A stretch of DNA of 64,000 nt from Candidatus Calescibacterium sp. (GTDB lineage Bacteria > Calescibacteriota > Calescibacteriia > Calescibacteriales > Calescibacteriaceae), in contig JAVVGL010000006.1 of NCBI GenBank assembly GCA_032249135.1, positions 1 to 64,000 on the forward strand, written 5' to 3'. Of the stretch, positions 37,555 through 47,144 are shown piece by piece. The notes under the pieces were generated by a model. The model searched no databases. It was not told the DNA's origin and saw only the letters and a list, made by a program, of their open reading frames with translations. How positions within the stretch are numbered: the first letter of the stretch is position 1; each line of letters opens with the position of its first letter. Made by a program: the position numbers and the translations under genes.

Positions 37555-39096
37555 TTACCTTACTATCTTGAACTCTATTTTCTGTGATTTTTTTACCTTT
37601 GCTTCCGTCGTTATTTTCCCATCACTTTTATCACATTCAGCCGTGCTGCCAAAGTATGCATTAGATGGAACTTTCTTATATACGCTTTCATTAAGTGGTT
37701 CTAAATTCCCTGAACAGTATATATCTACAACATCTAATATGTCTGCGACAGCAAATATTTCTATGCCGTAGTTTCCCGGAAATGTCAAGGATACTTGAAA
37801 ATCATTTACTACCAGCCCATAGGCTCTTCCTTCTTTATTCATTTTATACACAAGTTTTTCTTTTTGCCCGTCCAAACTTGTGAATCTCAAAACAAAATAA
37901 ATATCATAAGGTGCATCATCAAAGGTTAAAATATGAAAACTTATAGCAACTCCACCTTCAAATGATGCCCCTTGAGGATTTTTTCCTAAATTATCTTTCG
38001 CTTCTACATAGATTGAAGGAGAAGATTTGAATGAGTGCACATCGGCTATTTTTTGTATACTTATTTTTCCTGCACTATCTTTTACTATAACAGAGATTGA
38101 GAAACTTCCTTCCTTTGTATAAGTATATGATGTTCTGAATATATATTTTGAACCAGAGGCTATTATATATTTGTTAGGGTCAAGTTTTTGAGCAGTGCCA
38201 TCGCCCCACTCAACTATAATATAGTCTATTTTATCTCCGTCTCTGTCGCTTACACCTATGAGTATCTGAACAGTAAATGGAGGAATTCCGATAGCCATAT
38301 TTTCATTTCTATAAATTTCCTTTTCTGGTTCCAATATTTTCTCTACTTGTCCAAATATTGCGGGCGGAGAATTCTCGGGAGATGCTGCACCGGAGAAAAC
38401 AGAAATCATAATCTCTACAGAAGCTGAAAGTGGATATGGAGCGAATTTATTATCATCAAAAACCAAAACCTTTAATATGTAATCACCTTCATTTATATAT
38501 CTATGTTTCCCATAGCATGAGTTTGTTTCCTCATAACTTCCGTCTCCCCAGTCTATTATGACTTTACTTATTCCGTTTGTGTCTTTGCATATCGCTTTGA
38601 AATAAACGATGCTTCCCGGAGAGAATTCTGAAGTTATTTCTGCAAAATCTTCATCTCTTGCTGTTGTGGGATTTAATATTGTAGGTCTGTCATTTGTAAT
38701 TATTGTTGTTTTTGCTTGGGAGACTCCCGAGTCATCCATGCCTATAAGTTGCACTTCAAAGACTCCTAAACCCTCATATGTTTTAGTTACTGCGACTTTA
38801 TCACCTTTTATGCTGTTTGTAATATCTTCCTGGGTTCCGTTTCCGTAATCTATAATGAGTTTCTTTATTTTGCCACGGGATGGAATAACCGTAATATTGA
38901 ATGAAACTGTGAGAGGTATTTCTCCATAAGTTTGAGAAGGTGAAAGTAAAATAAACGGTCCTCCTGCTGGTGTTGGTTTCTCATTTGAGCAACGAATAAA
39001 GTATAACAACAATAACAAATTGAATAAGGGAAAAATGATACGGAATCTCCTCGCCACAAAATTAAATTTAGTCCTCATTTGCATGCTTTTCCTCAT
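37555..39096 (-). CDS. PKD-domain putative lipoprotein
   Basis: Hydrophobic leader ending FIRC; G..PLTVSF, IDYGNG, IDWGDG, VEWGDG; YT..G.F...V. Confidence 0.8.
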   Translation of the reverse strand: MRKSMQMRTKFNFVARRFRIIFPLFNLLLLLYFIRCSNEKPTPAGGPFILLSPSQTYGEIPLTVSFNITVIPSRGKIKKLIIDYGNGTQEDITNSIKGDKVAVTKTYEGLGVFEVQLIGMDDSGVSQAKTTIITNDRPTILNPTTARDEDFAEITSEFSPGSIVYFKAICKDTNGISKVIIDWGDGSYEETNSCYGKHRYINEGDYILKVLVFDDNKFAPYPLSASVEIMISVFSGAASPENSPPAIFGQVEKILEPEKEIYRNENMAIGIPPFTVQILIGVSDRDGDKIDYIIVEWGDGTAQKLDPNKYIIASGSKYIFRTSYTYTKEGSFSISVIVKDSAGKISIQKIADVHSFKSSPSIYVEAKDNLGKNPQGASFEGGVAISFHILTFDDAPYDIYFVLRFTSLDGQKEKLVYKMNKEGRAYGLVVNDFQVSLTFPGNYGIEIFAVADILDVVDIYCSGNLEPLNESVYKKVPSNAYFGSTAECDKSDGKITTEAKVKKSQKIEFKIVR

Positions 39097-39550
39097 TTAT
39101 TTGTCTTTTCAGTTTCGCCATATATATAGCGTTTACACCCCATTCGTATCCTTTATTACCATATTTCCCGCCGGCTCTATCAATAGCCTGATTTATATTT
39201 TCTACTGTTAAAACCCCAAAAATTATAGGGATTTCTGTTTCTAACATAACTTTCAAGATACCTTCTTGGACACCTTTTGCTACGAAATCAAAGTGGTATG
39301 TCTCCCCTTTTATGATGCATCCCAAAACCAATATTGAATCATATTTTTGGGTTTTCGCTATAAATTTTGCTGCTATTGGTATCTCAAAAGATCCAGGAAC
39401 ATATATGACATCATAGCTTATTCCATTTTCTTCTAATGCTCTTTTTGCCCCATCAAGAAGTCTTGATGTTATGAATTCGTTGAACCTTGAAACTACAATT
39501 CCTATCTTTATTGTTGTTTTATTTTTTTGTTTTTTTTTCTCTTCGTTCAT
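39068..39550 (-). CDS. ribH: 6,7-dimethyl-8-ribityllumazine synthase
   Basis: IVVSRFN..IT..LL.GA, VPGSFEIP, G..IKGET.HF, FGVLT, QA..RAG.K.GNKG. Confidence 0.97.
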   Translation of the reverse strand: MNEEKKKQKNKTTIKIGIVVSRFNEFITSRLLDGAKRALEENGISYDVIYVPGSFEIPIAAKFIAKTQKYDSILVLGCIIKGETYHFDFVAKGVQEGILKVMLETEIPIIFGVLTVENINQAIDRAGGKYGNKGYEWGVNAIYMAKLKRQINEEKHANED

Positions 39551-39713
39551 ATATTTTTAGTAAAAATCGGAATAGCAACTTTTTTTGTTTTTTGTCTTTA
39601 ATTCTTTTTAACTCTCTGAATTCTGCTTTTTTCTTATGTGATGGAAATAACAGGGAACTAAAAAAACAGAAAAATCTATAAAGTATGAATTACTACATTA
39701 CAAATTTTCTGAT

Positions 39714-41075
39714 ATGGAGATAAAGAAAATTCTTGTTGCAAATAGGGGAGAAATAGCAAGGCGTGTAATATACACTTGTAAAAAACTTGGAAAAAAAACT
39801 GTTGCTGTATATTCTGACGCAGATAAAGATTTACCTTTTGTTGAGGAAGCAGATGAAGCTATAAGGATTGGAGAGCCACATCCTCTAAAAAGTTATCTCA
39901 ATATTCCGGCAATAATAGAGGCAGCAAAGAAAACGGGTGCTGACGCAATTCATCCAGGATATGGTTTCCTTTCAGAAAGAGAAGATTTTGTTAAAGCTTG
40001 TGAAGATGCAGGGATAATTTTTATAGGTCCGACAGCAAAAAGCATGGAGATAATGGGAGATAAAGCTACTGCGCGAGCTTTCGTAAAAAATCTTGGAATC
40101 CCTATTCCACCTGGAACTGATATTTTGAGCTCTCCCGAGGAAGCCGAGGAATTTGCAGAAAAAATCGGATACCCTGTTCTTATAAAAGCTGCTGCTGGTG
40201 GCGGGGGAATAGGTATGATGAGAGTAGATAGAAAGGAGGATTTGAAAAAAGCTTACGAGACCGCAAAATCTCGGGCGCTTTCAGCATTCGGAGACGATAG
40301 AGTTTATATGGAAAAATACCTTGAATCTCCACACCACATAGAAATTCAGGTTCTCGGAGATGGGAAAGGAGGTGCGGTGACTTTTCCAGAAAGAGAATGT
40401 TCAGTTCAAAGAAGACATCAGAAAGTAATAGAAGAGTCTCCATCTACTTTTGCAGATGAAGATTTGAGAAGAAAGCTCAGGGATGCTGCGAGAAAAATAA
40501 TGTCTGAGCTAAAATATAAATGTGCAGGAACGGTTGAGTTTGTTGTAGATAAATACAAGAATTTTTATTTTCTTGAAGTTAATACGAGATTGCAGGTTGA
40601 GCATCCAGCAACGGAAGCCATAACAGGATTTGACCTTGTTGAGTGGCAAATAAGGATAGCAGAGGGTGAAGCACTCCCGAAGGAGGAGGATATAAAGTTT
40701 CAAGGATGGGCAATAGAGGCAAGGATATACGCGGAGGACCCAATAAAATTTTTACCATCTCCGGGAGAAATAAAAAGGTTGGTTGAACCTAAATCTTCAA
40801 AGTTCAGCTGGAATTCAGAAAATGTAAGACTTGATTGTGGTTATAAAGAGGGGAACAAAATTACTCCTTTTTATGATCCGCTTATTGCAAAGTTAATAGC
40901 TCGTGGTAAAACCCGTGAAGAAGCAATTGAGAATATTTTGAGAGCTCTTGATGAGTTCATAATTGAGGGTCCAAAAACTAATATACCATTTTTGAAAGAG
41001 GCTATCAATTCACCGCTTTTCAGAAATGGCGGATATGATACACATTTTATTCCACGCCTCCGGGGACTTGAATAA
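39714..41075 (+). CDS. accC: Biotin carboxylase subunit of an acyl-CoA/pyruvate carboxylase
   Basis: ILVANRGEIA, AIHPGYGFLSE, KAAAGGGG.GM, RECSVQRRHQK, EVNTRLQVEH, RIYAED, YDPLIAKL; no fused biotin carrier. Confidence 0.9.
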   Translation: MEIKKILVANRGEIARRVIYTCKKLGKKTVAVYSDADKDLPFVEEADEAIRIGEPHPLKSYLNIPAIIEAAKKTGADAIHPGYGFLSEREDFVKACEDAGIIFIGPTAKSMEIMGDKATARAFVKNLGIPIPPGTDILSSPEEAEEFAEKIGYPVLIKAAAGGGGIGMMRVDRKEDLKKAYETAKSRALSAFGDDRVYMEKYLESPHHIEIQVLGDGKGGAVTFPERECSVQRRHQKVIEESPSTFADEDLRRKLRDAARKIMSELKYKCAGTVEFVVDKYKNFYFLEVNTRLQVEHPATEAITGFDLVEWQIRIAEGEALPKEEDIKFQGWAIEARIYAEDPIKFLPSPGEIKRLVEPKSSKFSWNSENVRLDCGYKEGNKITPFYDPLIAKLIARGKTREEAIENILRALDEFIIEGPKTNIPFLKEAINSPLFRNGGYDTHFIPRLRGLE

Positions 41076-41080
41076 GGACT

Positions 41081-41965
41081 GTGAATGGTAAAGTTATAGA
41101 TACATCTGAGATTTTCTTTTTTGAATCATTACCAGATGATCCTCTACTTTTAACAATTACATTCTCAAAAAAATTTTCTTTGTTTGAAAAAGGAGATAAA
41201 GTTCTTGTGGGACTATCAGGCGGAAGAGATTCGGTTTTTCTTACATACATACTTTCTACCTATAAATCAAAATTTGGCATATCAGAAGTAGTTGCTGCAC
41301 ACTTTAATCATGGAACACGGGGAAAAGAATCAGAAAGAGATGAAAAATTTTCTGTGTCATTTTGCGAAAGGCTTGGAATAAAAATAATTGTTGGCAGAGC
41401 TACTTTACCTTTAAAATCAGAGGATGAGATGCGCAAAGAAAGATATAAGTTTTTTGATGAATCAGCTAAAAAGTGTGAAGCTACAAAAATAGCAACAGCT
41501 CACACACTTGACGATAATTTTGAAACTTTTCTTATAAACCTTGTAAGGAGAAAAGGTTTTTTCTCTTTTGGAATATCTCCTAAAAATTACTCTCTGTGTT
41601 CTGTTCCAGTAGTTCGTCCTCTGCTTTCGGTGAAAAGAAGTTCAATAGAAAACTACCTCAAATCAAAAAATATAAGTTTTGTTTCAGACACATCAAATCT
41701 GAATCTCAGATATCTCAGAAACAGAATAAGAGCTTCTTTATATTTAATGCCGCAAGAAATTTACGATAGCATTCTTGAAGGATTTTTGAGGTTTTGGGCA
41801 AGTTGCTATGCTGTTCAGGTTTTCCTTTCAGAAACATTTCAAGAAAACAAAGAAAAAATCCCTCAATTTTTAAGATTTGAAATTGAAAATTTTGTGAAAG
41901 GTGAAATAAAAAGTTTTGAAGATATGAAAAAGTTTATTTCAGATATAAAAAGAAAAAGAAAATAA
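41081..41965 (+). CDS. tilS: tRNA(Ile)-lysidine synthase (short form)
   Basis: SGGRDS PP-loop, HFNH..R, R..RY.F, TAH..DD..ET, RPLL, D.SN....Y.RNRIR. Confidence 0.9.
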   Translation: MNGKVIDTSEIFFFESLPDDPLLLTITFSKKFSLFEKGDKVLVGLSGGRDSVFLTYILSTYKSKFGISEVVAAHFNHGTRGKESERDEKFSVSFCERLGIKIIVGRATLPLKSEDEMRKERYKFFDESAKKCEATKIATAHTLDDNFETFLINLVRRKGFFSFGISPKNYSLCSVPVVRPLLSVKRSSIENYLKSKNISFVSDTSNLNLRYLRNRIRASLYLMPQEIYDSILEGFLRFWASCYAVQVFLSETFQENKEKIPQFLRFEIENFVKGEIKSFEDMKKFISDIKRKRK

Positions 41966-41969
41966 ACTT

Positions 41970-43133
41970 ATGCTTTACATTCTATGTGCTTTTTTGGCAA
42001 CTTTACCTTGGTTCATAGTAAAATTCACGATAGGGCATCCAAATCCAATTTTGCAAACATTACTTACTGGTTTATCAATAATAGGAGCTGGATTTATTCT
42101 GACATGGGCTTCTGATGGTTCAAGAAAATTTATATCCGGAGCTCTTGCAATAGCTATTGTAGCTTTACTTGCAGTTCTGCCGGAATATTCAGTAGATATA
42201 TATCTTTCGTGGAAGGCAGGAATAAATGAAGAGTATACGCATTATGCAGTCGCAAATATGACAGGAGCAAACAGATTACTTATAGGCATAGGGTGGACTG
42301 TGATATTATTTGTTCATTTTTTCAAAACAAAAAGAAGTGAAATAGCGTTTGACAGATCTTTGATGGAAGAACTTATTATACTTTTTGCAGCGACGGTTTG
42401 GTCAATAAATATTTTCTTCAAAAAAAATATATCATTAGTTGATTCTTTAATTTTGGGTGGGCTATTTATTTTTTACATTTTAAGGGTTTCAAAAAAAGAG
42501 ATAGAAGAACTTGAAGAAGATTTTGAACCAGTAAAGACAATCCAATCTCTACCTCCAAAAAAATCTATTCTTCTTATAATCTTTATGTTCGTGTGGGCTG
42601 GTTTTTCTATATTTATCTCAGCAGAAGCGTTCGCAGAAGGATTAATAAATATAGGTAAAAAATTAGGGGTGAGCGAGTTTTTACTTATACAGTGGCTCGC
42701 ACCAATAGCTTCCGAAGCGCCAGAATTTGTAGTCACACTTATATGGGCAACAAAAGGAAGAGGTCAAGACGCTATGAGAGCTCTCGTTTCTTCAAAAGTA
42801 AATCAGTGGACTTTACTTATAGCTTGCATTCCGATCGCTTTCATAATCTCAAAAATATATCACGCAACAGGAGATTATCTTTCTCCTATGCCGATGGATT
42901 CAAGACAGCAGTGGGAAATTCTTCTGACAGCAGCACAATCTTTACTTGCATTTTTTATTTTGCTTGACCTAAATTTTTCTGTTATTGAAGCTTCTATCTT
43001 ACTTATTCTATTTTTATCTCAATTCATTTTTGAACACATAAGAGAAGAGGTAACCTTTGTGTATTTTGTTCTCTGCATACCTATGATTCTCTACAAATTC
43101 GGGAAAATAAAAATACCTTTTGGTAAAAAGTAA
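41970..43133 (+). CDS. Sodium:calcium (CaCA family) antiporter
   Basis: Alpha repeats AVLPEY...ANMTGANR and APIASEAPE...SSKVNQWTL. Confidence 0.88.
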   Translation: MLYILCAFLATLPWFIVKFTIGHPNPILQTLLTGLSIIGAGFILTWASDGSRKFISGALAIAIVALLAVLPEYSVDIYLSWKAGINEEYTHYAVANMTGANRLLIGIGWTVILFVHFFKTKRSEIAFDRSLMEELIILFAATVWSINIFFKKNISLVDSLILGGLFIFYILRVSKKEIEELEEDFEPVKTIQSLPPKKSILLIIFMFVWAGFSIFISAEAFAEGLINIGKKLGVSEFLLIQWLAPIASEAPEFVVTLIWATKGRGQDAMRALVSSKVNQWTLLIACIPIAFIISKIYHATGDYLSPMPMDSRQQWEILLTAAQSLLAFFILLDLNFSVIEASILLILFLSQFIFEHIREEVTFVYFVLCIPMILYKFGKIKIPFGKK

Positions 43134-43594
43134 TGAAAGAGAAAATTTATTTTATTACACTCACATTTTTTGGTGTAGGGAAAATACCAATTGGGCAGGG
43201 TACAGTAGCATCACTTATTTCAGGAATTTTATATTTTTCTTTTATCTCTGGAAACAAATTTTTAGAGATATCTATTAACATTTTCATTCTCGCTGTATCT
43301 TTTCTTTCCATAAAAAAAGTAAAAAATTTTTGGGAAGGTAATGACCCTCACGAGGTTGTAATAGATGAGGTAGCTGGAATGTTTTTGTCTCTTCTTTTGC
43401 TACCGAAGGGTTTTTTAGTTTTTGTAGCAGCGCTTTTGATATTCAGATTTTTAGACATAACGAAAATTCCTCCAATTATTTTTTTTGACAGAATGAAATC
43501 TCCGTACGGAATACTTCTTGATGATATAGTATCTGGGGTAATTGCGAACTTTATAGTAAGGCTACTGCTAAAATTCAATATATTGCCAATCTGA
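43133..43594 (+). CDS. pgpA: Phosphatidylglycerophosphatase A
   Basis: G.G..P...GT.AS, DP.EVVIDEVAG, FR.LDI.K, G.LLDD..SG. Confidence 0.93.
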   Translation: MKEKIYFITLTFFGVGKIPIGQGTVASLISGILYFSFISGNKFLEISINIFILAVSFLSIKKVKNFWEGNDPHEVVIDEVAGMFLSLLLLPKGFLVFVAALLIFRFLDITKIPPIIFFDRMKSPYGILLDDIVSGVIANFIVRLLLKFNILPI

Positions 43595-43622
43595 AACCTG
43601 ATTTGCAGAGAAAACTTGATTT

Positions 43623-43651
43623 TTGAGAATAAAGGCAATTTGTGATAAAAT
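43623..43651 (+). promoter_or_regulatory. Sigma70-type promoter for tRNA-Arg
   Basis: TTGAGA-17 nt-TAAAAT with TGn extended -10. Confidence 0.65.
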
Positions 43652-43677
43652 TTTAATTTTTAATATTTGATTTAGGT

Positions 43678-43753
43678 GTCCCTGTAGCTCAGAAGGAAGA
43701 GCACGGTCCTCCTAAGTCCGGGGTCGCGGGTTCGAATCCCGCCAGGGACACCA
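43678..43753 (+). tRNA. tRNA-Arg (CCT), CCA encoded
   Basis: GTCCCTG acceptor/CAGGGAC-A-CCA, GCTC/GAGC D-stem, loop CT-CCT-AA, GTTCGAATC T-loop; one T-T mismatch in the anticodon stem. Confidence 0.93.
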
Positions 43754-43762
43754 AATCAAATT

Positions 43763-44788
43763 TTGAAAATACTGGGTACTGTAAATGGAATAACATTCAT
43801 ACACATAAAGGGGAGAAATTTTGGGTTTATAGATTGGCGCGACAAAACAATCTTTATAGCGGAGCTTACAAGAGAGCCAGAATATGATGGCAAAGAGCTA
43901 CCTTCTTTCTCACTTGGATTTCTTGGTGAGGAAAAGAAGATTTATGTCAGGTGGGATATTATAATCAGACCTATTCACATTATACTTTTTGTTCTGACCG
44001 CAATAACTACAACAATAGCGGGAGCATTAATGCAGGGGATATCTCCTCTCTCGGTGGATATTTGGAAAGGAATATATTTTTCTGGTCCTTTACTTTTTAT
44101 TCTTTTGTGTCATGAATTTGGACATATATACTCTATGTGGAAGCACAAAATCAGGAGCACATTTCCTTATTTTATTCCAGCTCCGAACATAGTTGGAACA
44201 TTTGGGGCGATAATGGTGTTGAGAGAGAAAATTCAAAAGAGTTCTCAAATAATAAAGACGGGGGCAGCAGGACCTATTGCAGGATTTGTAGCTGCTATAC
44301 CAATAGCTTTGATTGGTTTGCTACTTTCCGAAGTCGTAAACGAAACCGAGATGTCAGGAGTACATACTATAAAGCTCGGAACTCCTCTTATTTTATCTTT
44401 GATGCAAAATATGATTTTCGGTTCTTTGGAACTCTCAAAAGATATTATGCTTCACCCTGTGGCTTTTGCCGGATGGATAGGATTTTTTATAACAGCTATG
44501 AACCTCATTCCAATAGGTCAGACCGACGGAGGACATATAGTTTTTGCTCTTTTCCCATCCTGGCACAGAAAAATTTCTTTTTTCTTTATAGCTGTTCTTT
44601 TTGTTCTCGGTATCTTTTTCTGGTATGGATGGCTATTTTGGGCATTTCTTACCGCAGTTTTGAGTATAAAAAGGATTCCATATTCCCCGGTAAAAGATGT
44701 GAAATTTTCGGATAAAGTCTTGGCAATAGTGGCAGGGGTTATATTTGTTTTAACTTTCATTATTTCTCCATTTCAGATTGAATTTTGA
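43763..44788 (+). CDS. Site-2 protease family (M50) intramembrane metalloprotease
   Basis: HEFGH, PYFIP...GTFGA, AGP.AG, LHP.AFAGW.G...TA.NLIP.GQ.DGGH. Confidence 0.93.
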   Translation: MKILGTVNGITFIHIKGRNFGFIDWRDKTIFIAELTREPEYDGKELPSFSLGFLGEEKKIYVRWDIIIRPIHIILFVLTAITTTIAGALMQGISPLSVDIWKGIYFSGPLLFILLCHEFGHIYSMWKHKIRSTFPYFIPAPNIVGTFGAIMVLREKIQKSSQIIKTGAAGPIAGFVAAIPIALIGLLLSEVVNETEMSGVHTIKLGTPLILSLMQNMIFGSLELSKDIMLHPVAFAGWIGFFITAMNLIPIGQTDGGHIVFALFPSWHRKISFFFIAVLFVLGIFFWYGWLFWAFLTAVLSIKRIPYSPVKDVKFSDKVLAIVAGVIFVLTFIISPFQIEF

Positions 44789-44829
44789 AAAATTCGGAGA
44801 TATAAATTATCTGATTAAAATAAGAGATT

Positions 44830-44902
44830 GGGTCAGTAGCTCAGTAGGTAGAGCGGTGGACTCTTAATCCACAGGTCGCGGGTTCGAATCCCGCCTGACC
44901 CA
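44830..44902 (+). tRNA. tRNA-Lys (CTT), CCA not encoded
   Basis: GGGTCAG/CTGACCC-A acceptor, GTGGA-CT-CTT-AA-TCCAC anticodon arm, GTTCGAATC; followed by CAC. Confidence 0.96.
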
Positions 44903-44912
44903 CACATAAAAT

Positions 44913-45161
44913 ATGGAAGAAATAATAAGGTCTATGGCAAAATTTATAATTCTGACCGGAATAATACTCATATTAGTTGGAGCGCTGTTTTTTTTAGCTT
45001 CTTCATCTCAAGTTTTTGATTTCAAACTAAAAAAGCTCCCGGGCGACATACTAATAAAGAAAGATAATTTCACTTTCTTTTTCCCTATAACAACATCTAT
45101 AATTTTGTCAGCCATCTTAACTTTGATCTTAAACATAATAGGGAAAATAATAAGGCATTAG
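44913..45161 (+). CDS. DUF2905-like small membrane protein
   Basis: LPGDI.IK..NF.F.FPITTSII.S..LT. Confidence 0.85.
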   Translation: MEEIIRSMAKFIILTGIILILVGALFFLASSSQVFDFKLKKLPGDILIKKDNFTFFFPITTSIILSAILTLILNIIGKIIRH

Positions 45162-45203
45162 TTTAGTAAAACAAAAACTCATTTTAGGACGAAATAATTT
45201 ATA

Positions 45204-47138
45204 GTGATGAAATTCTCCGGAAATACATCAAAAAGAAAGAGAGTTAATCTTATAATTTCCATATTTTTTTTACTTTTTTCGTTTTTTTCTTCTCATATTG
45301 CTCTTGCAGAGGAAAGAGTTTCTATGAACTTCAAAGATATTGACATATTAGACCTTGTTAGGCTTATTTCAGAATGGTCTGGAAAAAACTATCTTCTTGA
45401 CCAGAGAATAAGGGGAAAAGTTACGATAATTTCTCCGAGACCTGTTACAAAAAGGGAAGCGCTTGAGATATTCAATTCTATCCTTTATGCTAATGACCTT
45501 GCGCAGGTTGAAGTTGGAAATATCGTAAAAATAGTTCCTGCCGCTGAGGCTCGTCAAAGTCCAATAAAAACCGTAATAAAAGAGAAAAAACTTCTACCAT
45601 CAGAAGAGTATGTGACTTTGGTCTTAACTCCTCGTTTTGCAAATGCTGACCAAGTTGCAGGTGTTCTCAGAAATCTGCTTTCCCGTAATGCGTTTTTACA
45701 AACTTACATGCCTACAAACACAATAATACTCATAGAAACAAAAGCAAATATAGAAAGATTAATGCAGATATTAGATGAAATAGATGTTCCTCCACCTCTT
45801 ACCACTGAAATGATAAAGCTCAAATACTCTATTGCGCAAGATGTCGTAAATATTTTAACTCAAATAATACCATCTATCCCCCGTGTTGCAGTATCACCTC
45901 AGCAGCAACCCAAAGTTATAGCTGAACCGAGAACTAACTCTATAATAATCGTAGCTCAACCCGATGATATAGAGTATCTCAAAAAAGTTATAGAGAAGGT
46001 AGATGTTCAAGAGGAGAGAGGGGAGGTTAATGTTGTTTATCTCAAATATGCAAAAGCAGAGGAAGTTTCATCTATTTTACAAAATATAGTAGGTGGTGGG
46101 CTGAGACAGCAACCGGGACCTCAGGTCGTTCAGGCACCGGTGAGAATAGCCGCAGATAAATCTACGAACTCACTCATAATCATAGCTTCTCCACCAGACT
46201 TTGAAAAAATAAAAGATATAATAAATAAGATAGATGTAGAAAGAAGGCAGGTTTTTGTTTCCGCTGTTATTATGGAAATTTCTTCTTCAAGACTTGCTCA
46301 ATACGGTCTATCTTTTCTTGGTGGAAAAGATATATCAGTTAGAATGGAGGGGACAACAAAGAAAGGTATAGCTGTTTTAGGAGAATCCGTTGGAGCTCCT
46401 TTGCCTTTTCAGATAATAGATCCTACTAAGATAGCTAATATATCTGGACTTCTTTTCGGGTTTTCTTTACCGCCCGCGAGTGTTGAAGTTGGTGGGCAAA
46501 CTATATCTTTACCTCCTCTTGCCGCTATCTTGAACGCTCTCGCAACTGATACACAAGTTGATATTCTTTCAACCCCTCATATACTTACGCTTGATAATAA
46601 AGAAGCAGAAATAAGGGTTGCTACAAATGTCCCGTTCCCAACAGGTCAAATAATAACTGCTGCTGGTCCAGGAGGCGCTGCTGTGCCAACTATAACTATA
46701 CAAAGACAGGATATAGGAATAATACTTAAAATTACCCCTCATGTTATAAAAGAGGAGAAAAAGCTTTCTCTTGATATATCAGTTGAGATTTCAGATGTCG
46801 CAGAAGAACCACCGCCGGGACTTGCAGTTCAGCAACTCGGTATAGCTACAATAAGGAGAACCTCAACAACTTCTATTTTAGTAGAAGATGGTCAGACAGC
46901 AGTTATTGGAGGTCTTATGAGAACAAGAACTTCTCTTTCAAGGGCAAAAGTTCCAATCTTAGGAGATATACCTGTCGTGGGTTTCCTTTTCAGATCATCT
47001 CAAAAAAGAGTTCAGAAATCTAATCTACTCATATTTATAACACCAAAAATAATATGGTCATCCAGTGAAATGGAGGATATAAAGTCAAGAAAAATTCAGG
47101 AAAATATCAAGATGAGAAAAGATGAAGGCATGTATTAA
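45204..47138 (+). CDS. gspD: Type II secretion system secretin GspD
   Basis: MNFKD.DI..L, N-domains with R/STNS.II, QV.V.A.I.E, ILSTP.ILTLDN.EA.I, DIGI.LKITP, KVP.LGDIP..G.LFRS, NLLIFITP. Confidence 0.94.
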   Translation: MMKFSGNTSKRKRVNLIISIFFLLFSFFSSHIALAEERVSMNFKDIDILDLVRLISEWSGKNYLLDQRIRGKVTIISPRPVTKREALEIFNSILYANDLAQVEVGNIVKIVPAAEARQSPIKTVIKEKKLLPSEEYVTLVLTPRFANADQVAGVLRNLLSRNAFLQTYMPTNTIILIETKANIERLMQILDEIDVPPPLTTEMIKLKYSIAQDVVNILTQIIPSIPRVAVSPQQQPKVIAEPRTNSIIIVAQPDDIEYLKKVIEKVDVQEERGEVNVVYLKYAKAEEVSSILQNIVGGGLRQQPGPQVVQAPVRIAADKSTNSLIIIASPPDFEKIKDIINKIDVERRQVFVSAVIMEISSSRLAQYGLSFLGGKDISVRMEGTTKKGIAVLGESVGAPLPFQIIDPTKIANISGLLFGFSLPPASVEVGGQTISLPPLAAILNALATDTQVDILSTPHILTLDNKEAEIRVATNVPFPTGQIITAAGPGGAAVPTITIQRQDIGIILKITPHVIKEEKKLSLDISVEISDVAEEPPPGLAVQQLGIATIRRTSTTSILVEDGQTAVIGGLMRTRTSLSRAKVPILGDIPVVGFLFRSSQKRVQKSNLLIFITPKIIWSSSEMEDIKSRKIQENIKMRKDEGMY

Positions 47139-47144
47139 AAAAAG

